A stretch of DNA of 57,015 nucleotides from an uncultured Collinsella sp. (GCA_902493615.1 CABUQK010000001.1:1-57015), one strand, 5' to 3'; counted from the first letter of the stretch, positions 10,018 through 20,782 are shown. The notes: a model not told the origin generated them from the sequence alone. Numbers and translations: made by a program.

Positions 10018-11328
10018 ATGAGCCAGTTCATCAACAACCCCGAGCACACCTTTGGTTTCGATACCCTGCAGCTTCACGTTGGCCAGGAGAGCGCCGATCC
10101 CGCATCCGACTCCCGCGCCGTGCCTATCTACCAGACCACGAGCTATGTGTTCCGCAATTCCCAGCACGCCGCCGACCGCTTTGGTCTTGCCGACGCCGGC
10201 AACATCTACGGCCGTCTGACCAACTCCACCCAGGGCGTCTTCGAGGACCGTATCGCCGCACTCGAGGGTGGCGTGGCAGGTCTTGCCGTCGCCTCCGGTG
10301 CCGCTGCCATCACCTATACCCTGCAGGCTCTCGCCCAGGCCGGTGACCACGTGGTCGCCCAGAAGACCATCTACGGCGGTTCCTACAACCTGCTGGAGCA
10401 TACGCTCTCCCAGTTTGGCGTCGAGACCACGTTTGTCGATGCCCATAACCTGGAAGAGGTTGAGGGTGCCATCAGGGACAACACCACGGTCATCTATCTC
10501 GAGACGCTCGGCAACCCCAACTCCGACATCCCCAACATCGACGCCATCTCCGAGATCGCCAAGAAGCACGGTCTGCCGGTTGTCGTCGACAACACCTTCG
10601 GCACCCCGTATCTGTTCCGTCCGCTGGAGCATGGTGCCAACATCGTCGTTCACTCCGCAACCAAGTTCATCGGCGGCCACGGCACCTCGCTGGGCGGTGT
10701 GATCGTCGACGGCGGTAACTTCGATTGGAAGGCGAGCGGCAAGTATGCGCAGATCGCCGAGCCCAACCCCTCCTACCATGGCGTCTCGTTTGCCGAGGCT
10801 GCCGGTCCCGCCGCCTTCGCAACCTATGTCCGCGCTATCTTGCTGCGTGACGAGGGCGCCTGCATCAGCCCGTTCAACGCCTGGATCCTGCTCCAGGGCA
10901 CCGAGACTCTGTCGCTGCGCGTTGACCGTCATGTCGAGAACACCAAGAAGGTCGTTGAGTTCCTGGCTGGTGACAGCCATGTCGCCAAGGTGAACCACCC
11001 GAGCCTGTCTGAGCACCCCGATCACGAGCTCTATCAGAAGTACTTCCCCAACGGCGGTGCCTCGATCTTTACCTTTGAGATTAAGGGTGGCCAGGAGGCC
11101 GCCTGGAAGTTCATCGATCATCTGCAGGTGTTCTCGCTGCTCGCCAACGTGGCCGACGTCAAGTCGCTCGTCGTGCACCCGGCTACCACCACGCACTCCC
11201 AGCTCTCTGCCGAGGAGCTCGCCGAGCAGAACATCACGCCCTCCACGATCCGTCTTTCCATCGGTACCGAGAACGCCGAGGATATCATTTGGGATCTGAA
11301 GCAGGCCTTCGCCGCGCTGGACGAGTAA
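10018..11328 (+). CDS. metY: O-acetylhomoserine/O-acetylserine sulfhydrylase (MetY family)
   Basis: AVPIYQTTSY, HSATKFIGGHG (PLP lysine), LANVADVKSLVVHPATTTH. Confidence 0.93.
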   Translation: MSQFINNPEHTFGFDTLQLHVGQESADPASDSRAVPIYQTTSYVFRNSQHAADRFGLADAGNIYGRLTNSTQGVFEDRIAALEGGVAGLAVASGAAAITYTLQALAQAGDHVVAQKTIYGGSYNLLEHTLSQFGVETTFVDAHNLEEVEGAIRDNTTVIYLETLGNPNSDIPNIDAISEIAKKHGLPVVVDNTFGTPYLFRPLEHGANIVVHSATKFIGGHGTSLGGVIVDGGNFDWKASGKYAQIAEPNPSYHGVSFAEAAGPAAFATYVRAILLRDEGACISPFNAWILLQGTETLSLRVDRHVENTKKVVEFLAGDSHVAKVNHPSLSEHPDHELYQKYFPNGGASIFTFEIKGGQEAAWKFIDHLQVFSLLANVADVKSLVVHPATTTHSQLSAEELAEQNITPSTIRLSIGTENAEDIIWDLKQAFAALDE

Positions 11329-11388
11329 GGCGACTTGTGCAAGGACCCCTTGCGACTCGATAGGTATAACTGCATAAAATGCCTGCTC

Positions 11389-11429
11389 AAGGCGCCTGTG
11401 CGAACAATGGTTGCACAGGCGCCTTTTTT
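11389..11429 (+). terminator. Intrinsic terminator after metY
   Basis: AAGGCGCCTGTGCG/TGCACAGGCGCCTT stem plus T tract. Confidence 0.8.
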
Positions 11430-11640
11430 GCATAGAGCGGGTGCAAAAACAGGGTTTTTGACACGCTTTATGCATTTGAGTTGTGGAAAACTCCTGTTGA
11501 GAGGATGTGAGTTTTACGCAATTGACGTGCGCCTTTTGAGTAAAACCGCAGGTCGCGATTTGCTCGGGGTACTATGCAGCGCGATCGAATCACACGCAGC
11601 TCAAACGCAGCAAAAACGCACTACGGAGGTTTCCAGCTAC

Positions 11641-12414
11641 ATGAGGATCGATTCACGAAAACCGAAAGCCGCCGCCCTTTCCGCCGCTCTGACCGTGGCA
11701 CTTTTGGCGGGCGCCGGTGCAACTGATGCCCACGCCGCAACACTGTCCGATACGGTTGGATCTACGCCGTCCGAGACGACGCTGGTACAGCCCGTTGACT
11801 ATCGCGGCGATGGTTATGGTTCCATGCAGGAGTGGAACGCCTCGATGGAGGCCAAGCGCGATTCCCTGGAGATGCGCGCTCAGATCATCATGAACATGTA
11901 CGGTGACTATGCCACCGATGACGAGCGCGCTGTGCTGCAGGGTTGCATCGACGGCGCGGGTAGCCTGTTGACGATGGGGGAGGTCGACGCCAAGTCGACC
12001 GAGCTCGATGAGCTGCGCATTGCGCTTGAGGATGCCAAGCGCAATGCGCTCGAGGCTGCCGCCGAGGCGGAGGCTGCCGAGGTCGCCCAGGCTTCGTACT
12101 ACAACGCCGGTTACACTCCGTCCTACGCGTCTGCCGCGTCCTACGCGAACGGATCGGGCCTGACGCGCTCTGCGGGTGTCAATAACTACAACGGGCGCCG
12201 CGAGACCTATTACAGCAGCAATGTGCTTTATCACTATCGCACGGGCGAATGGACTCAGGATTCTGAGGGCTTCTGGCGCGATTCCGACGGCTATTACGTT
12301 GTTGCCGCGGGCGATATGGCCCAGGGCTCGACCTTTACGGGCTCCAAGGGTGATTGCAAGGTCTATGACTCCGGTTGCGCTGCCGGAACCACCGACTACT
12401 ACACCGGTTGGTAA
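11641..12414 (+). CDS. Secreted protein: signal peptide, coiled coil, C-terminal 3D-like domain
   Basis: Signal peptide ending AHA-A; VVAAGD...VYDSG...DYY pattern; SD GGAGG. Confidence 0.7.
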   Translation: MRIDSRKPKAAALSAALTVALLAGAGATDAHAATLSDTVGSTPSETTLVQPVDYRGDGYGSMQEWNASMEAKRDSLEMRAQIIMNMYGDYATDDERAVLQGCIDGAGSLLTMGEVDAKSTELDELRIALEDAKRNALEAAAEAEAAEVAQASYYNAGYTPSYASAASYANGSGLTRSAGVNNYNGRRETYYSSNVLYHYRTGEWTQDSEGFWRDSDGYYVVAAGDMAQGSTFTGSKGDCKVYDSGCAAGTTDYYTGW

Positions 12415-12600
12415 TTTTTCTGCATCACGGATATTTGGCGGACGGGCGTCTTTACCGAGCTTTAGGGCAACGTAAGGACGTCCGTTCTATGTATGCGTTT
12501 GAGTTAACAGAGCCCTTACCGTGGCGGTACGCTGGGCGTATGGATGCGGGGCACACTGGTTCTTGAGAAATAAGGTCTTTCTCTTGGAGGAAGTGGTCTT

Positions 12601-12807
12601 GTGAATGCTCGAGATATTGCCGTTGCCGCCGTCGCGTTGATGCTTGGTTGCCTTGGTCCTACGGCCGCGCTCGTCGCGGGTATGCAGGGGTCTTGTGGGG
12701 CTGCCTCTATCGTGGTTGGCGTGTTGATCGCGGCCGCGCTGCTGGGAAGTGCGGGGGTAGCCCTTTGTCGCGACGATGAGGGCCAGGCGTCGGAGTCGCA
12801 GCTCTAA
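12601..12807 (+). CDS. Small protein with two predicted transmembrane helices
   Basis: SD GGAGG before GTG; two hydrophobic stretches. Confidence 0.6.
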   Translation: MNARDIAVAAVALMLGCLGPTAALVAGMQGSCGAASIVVGVLIAAALLGSAGVALCRDDEGQASESQL

Positions 12808-12916
12808 CCGTTGTGAAGCTGATTTTTGGTCAAAGATGAAAAAGGAAGCCGCCGCGAGGGGAGTGCCCCTTGCGGCGGCTTTACCATTGGATCTGTTGGC
12901 TGCAGTATGCCGAGCA

Positions 12917-13831
12917 CTACCAGCTGCCTTCTATTTCGCGAATCCTCTGGTAGAGCCAATCGTTTTGCGGCACTTGGATATCGTGTTTGGCGGCCAGGCG
13001 GCAAATGGTGCCCGCGAACTCCTCGACTTCGGTTTTTCGTTGTGCGATGCGGTCCTGCGCCATCGAGGGCATACCGGTGGGGTCGATTCCCTCGATGAGG
13101 TGCACCATTTGCGTCAGGTCTGCCTCGGTCAGCTCAACGCCCTCGGCGTTGGCAACCGCAAGCGCCTCGCGCATGGCGGAGACAAAACAGCGGCGCTGCT
13201 CGGAGCCCGGCTCCGTGGCGCTTCCGTAGGTCCCGCCGTAGGCCATGCAGGTCTGGTTGATGCCGTCGTTGAGCATGAGTTTGGCCCACATGCGGTGGGC
13301 GATGTCGTCCTCGACGGTATGGGCGATGCCGCAGCGCGTATAGAGCTCGTCGATAGCGGCGACAGTCGCGGGGTCGGTGCCCGCTGCCGCGCCAAAGCGA
13401 ATCTCGCCCGCATTGGTAAAGGTGAGCGCGCCGTTGAGGAACACGGCGTCCATGCCCTGGCAGATACCAAGAACGGTATGCTCCCAGCCAAAGCGTTCGG
13501 CAATCTTTTGCTCGCTCGTAATGCCGTTGCACAGCGAGGCGATGAGCGTGTTGGGTCCCACGACACGCTCCATAGTCTTGAGTGCTTGGTCGAGACCGGT
13601 GGTCTTGACCGTCAGGATGACCAGATCGGCGGGTGTCGCCTCGCTGGCGCGGACGGACGTGAGATCGCAGGGCTTGCCGTTGACGGTGAGCGCGTCGTTC
13701 GCATGGCGCTCAAAGCGAGCGTCGTCCATGACGTATTCGACGGCGTCGTTGCCGAGGGCCTTGGCAATCATGCTGCCGTAGAGCAGGCCGACGCCGCCCT
13801 TGCCGATAAAGGCGACCTTGTTGATCTGCAT
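12917..13831 (-). CDS. panE: Ketopantoate reductase family protein
   Basis: GKGGVG, LTVK, LCNG, MWAKLMLN, SMAQD...TEVE. Confidence 0.85.
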   Translation of the reverse strand: MQINKVAFIGKGGVGLLYGSMIAKALGNDAVEYVMDDARFERHANDALTVNGKPCDLTSVRASEATPADLVILTVKTTGLDQALKTMERVVGPNTLIASLCNGITSEQKIAERFGWEHTVLGICQGMDAVFLNGALTFTNAGEIRFGAAAGTDPATVAAIDELYTRCGIAHTVEDDIAHRMWAKLMLNDGINQTCMAYGGTYGSATEPGSEQRRCFVSAMREALAVANAEGVELTEADLTQMVHLIEGIDPTGMPSMAQDRIAQRKTEVEEFAGTICRLAAKHDIQVPQNDWLYQRIREIEGSW

Positions 13832-14157
13832 ATGAATCATCTCCCCATATAAAAGGCGCCCGCATATGGGGCGCCTGATGGATTGTATGTCGTCGGGGCG
13901 TTTGGTGGGCGCGCGGGGCTGCTGTTGTGAAAAAGAAACTATTGCGCTGTGCGCTTATGCCGCGGGGCAGACCACAAAGACATGCGCGTGGTCACGCCCG
14001 GTTCCTTTCATCGGGCTTTTTGCTGATGTTAAAGCGGTGCCGTGACGGCTCGATTTCTGCTGCGTTACGATACGTTCTCAATTGCGATTCCGATGTGTTT
14101 CGATGACGTGACGGGTTTGTTTCGCCTTGTCAGGGCTTCGATGGGAGGGGAGGGGCC

Positions 14158-15348
14158 GTGCAATATCGCGTTGACCCCAAAAGCGGCAACCGTATCTCGG
14201 CGTTGGGGCTGGGCTGCATGAGGTTTCCCGGTGCGCCGGGACGCCCGGATGCGAAGACTGCCGACGCCATCATCTCCCGTGCGGTGGAGCAGGGGATTAA
14301 CTACCTGGACACGGCCTATCTCTATCCCGGCAACGAGGCTTGTGTGGGTGCGTCGCTTGAGCGCCTGGGCTTGCGCGACCAGGTTTTGCTCGCAACCAAG
14401 CTGCCGCATGCTTCGTGCAAATGCGCGGAGGATTTCGACCGGTTCTTCGACGAGCAACTGCGCCGCCTGCGGACCGACCATATCGACTATTACCTCATGC
14501 ACAACATTACCTCGCCCGCCCAGTGCGAACGTGTGGTGGCGTTGGGCATCGAGGACTGGATCGCGCGTCAAAAGGCGGCGGGGCGCATTCGCCAGATTGG
14601 TTTTTCGTACCACGGCAGCGCGGCGGATTTCCTGACGATGCTCGATGCATATGAGTGGGACTTTTGCCAGATCCAGTACAATTACGCTGGAGAGCGATAT
14701 CAGGCGGGAACAGCGGGGCTCATGGCCGCCGCCGAGCGAGGCCTCGCGGTGTTTGTGATGGAGCCACTGCTGGGCGGGCGTTTAGCGGGCAAGCTGCCGC
14801 CACGGGCCCGCGCTGTGCTCGATAGTGCCCGTGACCCGCATTTGCGCACTCCTGCCGCCTGGGGTCTTTCGTGGGTCTGGAATCATCCTCAGGTGACGAT
14901 GCTGCTTTCGGGTATGACCGATATCGCGCAGGTGGATGAGAACGCGGTGTTGGCCGATCGGGCCCTGCCGGATTCGATGACTGCCAACCAGCACGACACG
15001 ATCGCGCACGTGCTGGATGAGTTTGAAAAATCGAATCGCGTGCCCTGCACGGGATGCGGCTATTGCATGCCGTGCCCTAAAGGCATCAATATCCCTGGAT
15101 GTTTTGCCGCCTACAACGCAAGCTATGCGCACAGCTGGTTTACGGGTCTATCGCAGTACTTTACGGCGAGCGCGGTGCGCACAAGCGAGGCCAAGCTGGT
15201 GAGCAATTGCGTCAAGTGCGGCAAATGCGCGCGCCACTGCCCACAGCATATCGATATCCCCGAGCGTCTCGATGACGTGCGCCGACGTTTCCAGCCTGGC
15301 CCCGTGACGGCAGTGCTTAAGGCCTTCGGCAAAACGCGCTCCTCGTGA
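14158..15348 (+). CDS. Aldo/keto reductase with C-terminal 4Fe-4S dicluster
   Basis: LGLGCMRFP, DTAYLY, IDYYLMH, CTGCGYCMPCP, CVKCGKCARHCP. Confidence 0.92.
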   Translation: MQYRVDPKSGNRISALGLGCMRFPGAPGRPDAKTADAIISRAVEQGINYLDTAYLYPGNEACVGASLERLGLRDQVLLATKLPHASCKCAEDFDRFFDEQLRRLRTDHIDYYLMHNITSPAQCERVVALGIEDWIARQKAAGRIRQIGFSYHGSAADFLTMLDAYEWDFCQIQYNYAGERYQAGTAGLMAAAERGLAVFVMEPLLGGRLAGKLPPRARAVLDSARDPHLRTPAAWGLSWVWNHPQVTMLLSGMTDIAQVDENAVLADRALPDSMTANQHDTIAHVLDEFEKSNRVPCTGCGYCMPCPKGINIPGCFAAYNASYAHSWFTGLSQYFTASAVRTSEAKLVSNCVKCGKCARHCPQHIDIPERLDDVRRRFQPGPVTAVLKAFGKTRSS

Positions 15349-15427
15349 CCCTTTTATAACTTGCGCTGGAATAGTTCCTGCTTGCGGCAGAATAGGGCTT
15401 AAACAGGGACTATTCCACCGCAACTGA
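15349..15427 (+). repeat. 79-bp hairpin repeat, family A, copy 1
   Basis: Aligns without gaps to 16515-16593; long imperfect palindrome. Confidence 0.85.
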
Positions 15428-15438
15428 AGGGGGCTGTC

Positions 15439-16458
15439 GTGGGCCATCGGGATTCATGGGATGATTCGCGTGAGGTTCGTTGGGGCATTTTGGGCGCTGG
15501 GCACATTTCTCATCGATTTGCATCGTCGCTCAAGAAGGTCGACGGGGCACGGCTGGTGGCTGCGGCCGGCCGCACTCCTGCACATGTCGAGGAATTTTGC
15601 CGAGCGTTTTCGATTGATGCTGCGCATGGCCATGCCTCGGTCGACGATAACGGCGATGCGGCTTATGACGCGCTGATTGCCGACCCCGATGTCGACGCAA
15701 TTTACTTGGCTCTTCCGCATGGCATGCATACGCGTTGGGCCTGTCGCGCGCTGTGCGCCGGAAAGGCCGTGCTGTGCGAAAAGCCGGCCGTTTTGAGTGA
15801 GGAAGAGGCTCTCTCGATTGCCTCCACCTCTCGCGAGCGCGGCGTGCTGTTTATGGAGGCGATGAAGAATCGGTTTTGCCCGATGCGCACTCGCGTGAAA
15901 GACTTGCTTGCGTCGGGTGAGCTTGGCCGTATTGTCTCGATTGAAAGCGTGCAAAAGCTCGATTACGGCGAGTCTCCTTCGGGCTATCTGCTTGATCCGT
16001 TGCAGGGCGGCTGTCTATATGACATGGGCTGCTATGCGGTCGGTTGGTTTGAGGATTTGCTCGCGGGCGCGTGCGAGGTTTCGTCCCGTGAAGTTCGCTG
16101 GCGTGACGTATCAGGCGGCCGCGTCGATTGGGCCGACGAGATCCATATGAGCGTCGGCGGTATACCCATTCATATGGCGTGCGACGGCAAAGCAACATAT
16201 GAAAGCCGCTTAACGATTGCCTGTGAGCGGGGCTCGTTGGAAATCGAGCGTCTCCATCGCCCCGAGCGCGCTCATGTGAAGTATTCCGACGGTCGAACGC
16301 TAGAAATAAATGCCCCGTTTGAGGTCGATGATTTCTACGGCGAAATCCAGCATGCGACGCAGCTCATTCAGGCGGGGAAACTCGAGAGTCCCGTCATGCC
16401 CCTTGCCGCCACGCAGCGCTGCGCGCACATCATCGATGCGATTCGTTTGAAACTTTAG
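15439..16458 (+). CDS. Gfo/Idh/MocA oxidoreductase
   Basis: WGILGAGHI, DAIYLALPH, VLCEKP, GGCLYDMGCY. Confidence 0.92.
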   Translation: MGHRDSWDDSREVRWGILGAGHISHRFASSLKKVDGARLVAAAGRTPAHVEEFCRAFSIDAAHGHASVDDNGDAAYDALIADPDVDAIYLALPHGMHTRWACRALCAGKAVLCEKPAVLSEEEALSIASTSRERGVLFMEAMKNRFCPMRTRVKDLLASGELGRIVSIESVQKLDYGESPSGYLLDPLQGGCLYDMGCYAVGWFEDLLAGACEVSSREVRWRDVSGGRVDWADEIHMSVGGIPIHMACDGKATYESRLTIACERGSLEIERLHRPERAHVKYSDGRTLEINAPFEVDDFYGEIQHATQLIQAGKLESPVMPLAATQRCAHIIDAIRLKL

Positions 16459-16514
16459 GGCGTGGGGGCATGGCACCGGCGCTTGGAATGCCTGGAGGCC
16501 TTTGTCCCTGATGC

Positions 16515-16593
16515 CCCTTTTATAACTTGCGGTGGAATACGGTCTGTTTGCGCCAAAATAAGGCACCAATAGACCGTATTTCACCGTAACTGA
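16515..16593 (+). repeat. 79-bp hairpin repeat, family A, copy 2
   Basis: Direct repeat of 15349-15427 with compensatory stem substitutions. Confidence 0.85.
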
Positions 16594-16610
16594 TGAGGAG
16601 GGAGCTGGAG

Positions 16611-17477
16611 ATGCTGACGATCGGGTGTCATCTTTCGACGACGAAGGGCTATCGGGCGATGGGGGAGACGGCGCTGTCCATTGGCGCCAATACCTTTGCG
16701 TTCTTTACGCGCAACCCGCGCGGTGGCAAGGCAAAAGATCTTGACATGGATGACGTGGCGGCTCTGCGCGAGCTTATGGCGCAAAACGACTTTGGACCGC
16801 TGGTGGCGCATGCCCCGTATACCTATAACCCCTGCTCCGCTAAGGAGCGAGCGCGCGAGTTTGCCCTGGAGGCCATGGCCGAGGATCTGCAGCGCATGGA
16901 AGCACTGCCCGGCAACTACTACAATTTTCATCCCGGTGCGCATGTGGGTCAGGGGGCAGACGTCGGCATTCAGATGATTGTTGATACGCTGTGCCAGGTG
17001 ATGTTTGAGGGACAGCAGACGACGGTATTGCTTGAGACCATGGCCGGCAAGGGCACCGAGGTGGGCCGTAGCTTTGAAGAACTGGCGTACATTATCGAGG
17101 GCGTTGCCGCCAAGTGCCCAGAGCTGTCCGATAAGCTGGGCGTTTGTTTGGACACCTGCCATGTGAGCGATGCCGGCTACGACATCATCCATGATCTGGA
17201 CGGCGTACTCGACGAGTTCGATCGCGTGGTGGGTATCGATCGCTTGCACGCCGTACACATCAACGATTCGAAGAACCCTTGTGGCGCCCATAAAGATCGT
17301 CACGAGTGCATCGGCAAGGGATACCTTGGCAGCGAGGAATTTGGTGGCGGTATGCAGGTTATGCAGAATATTGTATCGAATGGCCGTTTGTGTTCGCTGC
17401 CGTTTATTTTGGAGACTCCGAACGAACTTGCAGGTTATGCAGCTGAAATTAGATTATTAAGGTCATTGCAGCAGTAA
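16611..17477 (+). CDS. nfo: Endonuclease IV (AP endonuclease family 2)
   Basis: [36 protein letters not shown]. Confidence 0.95.
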   Translation: MLTIGCHLSTTKGYRAMGETALSIGANTFAFFTRNPRGGKAKDLDMDDVAALRELMAQNDFGPLVAHAPYTYNPCSAKERAREFALEAMAEDLQRMEALPGNYYNFHPGAHVGQGADVGIQMIVDTLCQVMFEGQQTTVLLETMAGKGTEVGRSFEELAYIIEGVAAKCPELSDKLGVCLDTCHVSDAGYDIIHDLDGVLDEFDRVVGIDRLHAVHINDSKNPCGAHKDRHECIGKGYLGSEEFGGGMQVMQNIVSNGRLCSLPFILETPNELAGYAAEIRLLRSLQQ

Positions 17478-17624
17478 TGACTGTCACAAAGTAGAGTATT
17501 CCATTCACGTTATGGGTTTGTTTCAATCAGTTTTCTCATTGCAGATTCGTAATTCCGGGTGCATAATAGCCAACAGTTTTTGCAGACCTCTGAATCAAAC
17601 GAGGTCACCGGAAGGAGACTGATT

Positions 17625-18485
17625 ATGAAGCTGAAGAAGCTTGGCGCATTTGCCGCCACGGGTGCTATGGCGCTCGCCCTTGCTCTGACGGGCTGCGGTT
17701 CGTCCAACGCCACCTCTAGTTCTGATGCCGGTTCCAGCAGCTCTGACGACGCTAAGGTCGAGAAGGTCGACGGCTCCAAGGAGTACGCGCTCGTCAAGGA
17801 CGGCACGCTGACCGTCGGCACCTCTGCCGAGTACGCGCCGTTTGAGTACAAGGATGACAACGGCGACTACCAGGGCTTTGACCTTGAGCTCATCAAGGCT
17901 ATCGGTGACAAGCTGGGTCTGGATGTCGAGTACGTCAACAATGACTTTGACACGCTGGTTCCGGGCGTCGCTTCGGGCGCCAAGTATGACGTTTCCATCG
18001 CGGCTATCACCGACACGCCCGAGCGTGAGAAGGAAGTCACTTTCTCTGATTCCTACTACATGGACGATCAGGCTATCGTGACCAAGGTCGATAACACCGA
18101 CATCACGGCCGACAACTACAGCGAGAAGCTCAACAACGCCGACGCTACCATCATCGTCCAGTCTGGCTCGACCGCCGAGGCCTTTGCCCAGGAGAACTTC
18201 CCCAAGGCCAAGATCGTCCCCTACAAGGACGCCACCGAGTGCTTCAGTGCCCTGCAGTCCGATAAGGGCGACGCCGTGGTGACCAACCGCTCCGTCGCCA
18301 GCCAGCTGACCGCCGAGCAGTTCAACACCTGCCAGACCATCAAGCAGATCAGCACCGGCGAGGAGTACGCCATCGCCATCAACCAGGGCAACACCAAGCT
18401 CAAGGACGACATCAACCAGGCCATCAAGGACCTGACCGATGACGGTACCGTCGACGCCCTCATGGCTAAGTACAACATCAAGTAA
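17625..18485 (+). CDS. Polar amino-acid ABC transporter substrate-binding lipoprotein
   Basis: Lipobox LTGC; GTSAEYAPFE, GFDLEL, FSDSY. Confidence 0.93.
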   Translation: MKLKKLGAFAATGAMALALALTGCGSSNATSSSDAGSSSSDDAKVEKVDGSKEYALVKDGTLTVGTSAEYAPFEYKDDNGDYQGFDLELIKAIGDKLGLDVEYVNNDFDTLVPGVASGAKYDVSIAAITDTPEREKEVTFSDSYYMDDQAIVTKVDNTDITADNYSEKLNNADATIIVQSGSTAEAFAQENFPKAKIVPYKDATECFSALQSDKGDAVVTNRSVASQLTAEQFNTCQTIKQISTGEEYAIAINQGNTKLKDDINQAIKDLTDDGTVDALMAKYNIK

Positions 18486-18507
18486 AATAACTACTTGATT
18501 GCGCGCG

Positions 18508-18539
18508 GGCCCTTTCCGTTTTTGGCGGAAAGGGCCTTT
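18508..18539 (+). terminator. Hairpin between binding-protein and permease genes
   Basis: GGCCCTTTCCG/CGGAAAGGGCC plus TTT. Confidence 0.65.
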
Positions 18540-18604
18540 GCGCTTCTCTTGACGGAGATCTTTTCCGTCTCGTTTTGCCGGCAACTTCTACGATAGGAGC
18601 CACC

Positions 18605-19966
18605 TTGTCTCGACTGAACAAAGGGGCCGCGGAGCAGCGTTTTCCACTGCTCTCGATGCTCCAAAAGCTGGCCTGTGCCCTGGCTGTGGCGCTCGCCCTG
18701 GTATGCGCGGGGGCCTGCGTGCCCACGACCGCCCAGGCGCTTGAGACCGCAAAGATTACCGCCCGACCCAATACCGGTTCGGGCAGCGATGTGGTCGGCG
18801 GCACCGAGACGCGCATCACTTGGGAAGTTCAGGCCGATGCCGACGAGGAGCTGAGCGGTCTTTCGCTGACGTTTGTCGACGGCACGACGTTTGGTACCGA
18901 TGACACGCGATTGACGATGCTCTCGGGCGAGGACCTCATGGATCGTACGCCCATGAAGCCCACGTGCAAGGCTGACGGCCAGACGCTCAAGATTGACTTT
19001 GGCGAGACGGCGCCTGCCGGCGGCTATTTCCGCGTCGAGGTTTACGGCGTGACCTTCCCCGTCGAGGGCGGCGATGAGGCCTTTAGCGGCACCTATACGC
19101 TCGCCGACGGCTCGACCAAGAAGATCTCCAAGATTCCGTCGGTGGAGATCAAGGGCGTGACGGCCTTCGATAACTTCTTGGCCGACCTTAAAGAGCGGCC
19201 GTGGGTCGAGGCTTGGAACTCCAATATGTTCCTGCGCCTGTTCCTGAACCCGGTCATTTTGGTCCAGAGCCTCCCGATCGTCTTCAAGGGCTTCCTCATG
19301 TCGCTTTCGATCGTGCTTGTGGCGTTTCCGCTGGCAATTCCCTTCGGTTTTGCCCTGTCGCTCATGCGCATTTCCAAGTCGCGCATCCTTCGCTGCCTTG
19401 CCGGCATCTATGTGAATATCATCCGCGGCACGCCGGCGTTCTTGCAGATCTACATTGCGTTCTTTGGCTTGCCGCTGGCCGGTGTCAAAGTGGACGACTA
19501 TGTGCTGGGTGTTATCGTCATGGCCATGAACTCGTCTGCGTACCTGTGCGAGATCTTCCGTGCCGGTATTCAGTCGATCCCCAAGGGTCAAAACGAGGCT
19601 GCTCGCTCGCTGGGCATGAATGCCTTCCAGACGCTGCTCTATGTCATGATTCCGCAGACGTTCCGCAATGTCCTGCCTACGCTGACCAGCGAGTTCATCC
19701 TGCTCTACAAGGACATGTCGCTGCTTGCCGCCGTGGGTGTCGTCGAGATCGTCATGAACGCCCGCACCATCGTGGCCACGACGGGCTCCATCACGCCGTA
19801 TGTGGTTGCCGCTCTGTTCTATCTGGTCATTACCCTGCCGCTTGCGCGCTTGGTGAGCGGTCTTGAGGCGAGGCTTTTGGGCACGGCCGAGACCAAGAAG
19901 AAGCGTCCCACCAAGAGCGCCGGACAGGTTGTCGCGACGCCCGCCGATCATATCGCCGGTCTGTAA
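18605..19966 (+). CDS. Amino-acid ABC permease with extra N-terminal extracytoplasmic domain
   Basis: IRGTP, SAYLCEIFRAGIQSIPKGQNEAARSLG (EAA loop); TTG start after AGGAG. Confidence 0.9.
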   Translation: MSRLNKGAAEQRFPLLSMLQKLACALAVALALVCAGACVPTTAQALETAKITARPNTGSGSDVVGGTETRITWEVQADADEELSGLSLTFVDGTTFGTDDTRLTMLSGEDLMDRTPMKPTCKADGQTLKIDFGETAPAGGYFRVEVYGVTFPVEGGDEAFSGTYTLADGSTKKISKIPSVEIKGVTAFDNFLADLKERPWVEAWNSNMFLRLFLNPVILVQSLPIVFKGFLMSLSIVLVAFPLAIPFGFALSLMRISKSRILRCLAGIYVNIIRGTPAFLQIYIAFFGLPLAGVKVDDYVLGVIVMAMNSSAYLCEIFRAGIQSIPKGQNEAARSLGMNAFQTLLYVMIPQTFRNVLPTLTSEFILLYKDMSLLAAVGVVEIVMNARTIVATTGSITPYVVAALFYLVITLPLARLVSGLEARLLGTAETKKKRPTKSAGQVVATPADHIAGL

Positions 19967-19978
19967 GGAGGTCCTGTC

Positions 19979-20719
<741 letters not shown>

Positions 20720-20742
20720 CCGGTTGATGTAACTGCCGTTGC

Positions 20743-20782
20743 AAAAGAGCGGGGCTGGACTTGAATCCAGCCCCGCTCTTTT
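20743..20782. terminator. Bidirectional intrinsic terminator
   Basis: AAAAGAGCGGGGCTGGA/TCCAGCCCCGCTCTTTT between convergent genes. Confidence 0.85.

Noticed and set aside
15349..16593. Family A repeats as CRISPR repeats or integron attC sites
   Set aside because: Only two units 1.1 kb apart, no cas or intI gene, and no RYYYAAC/GTTRRRY end pairing.
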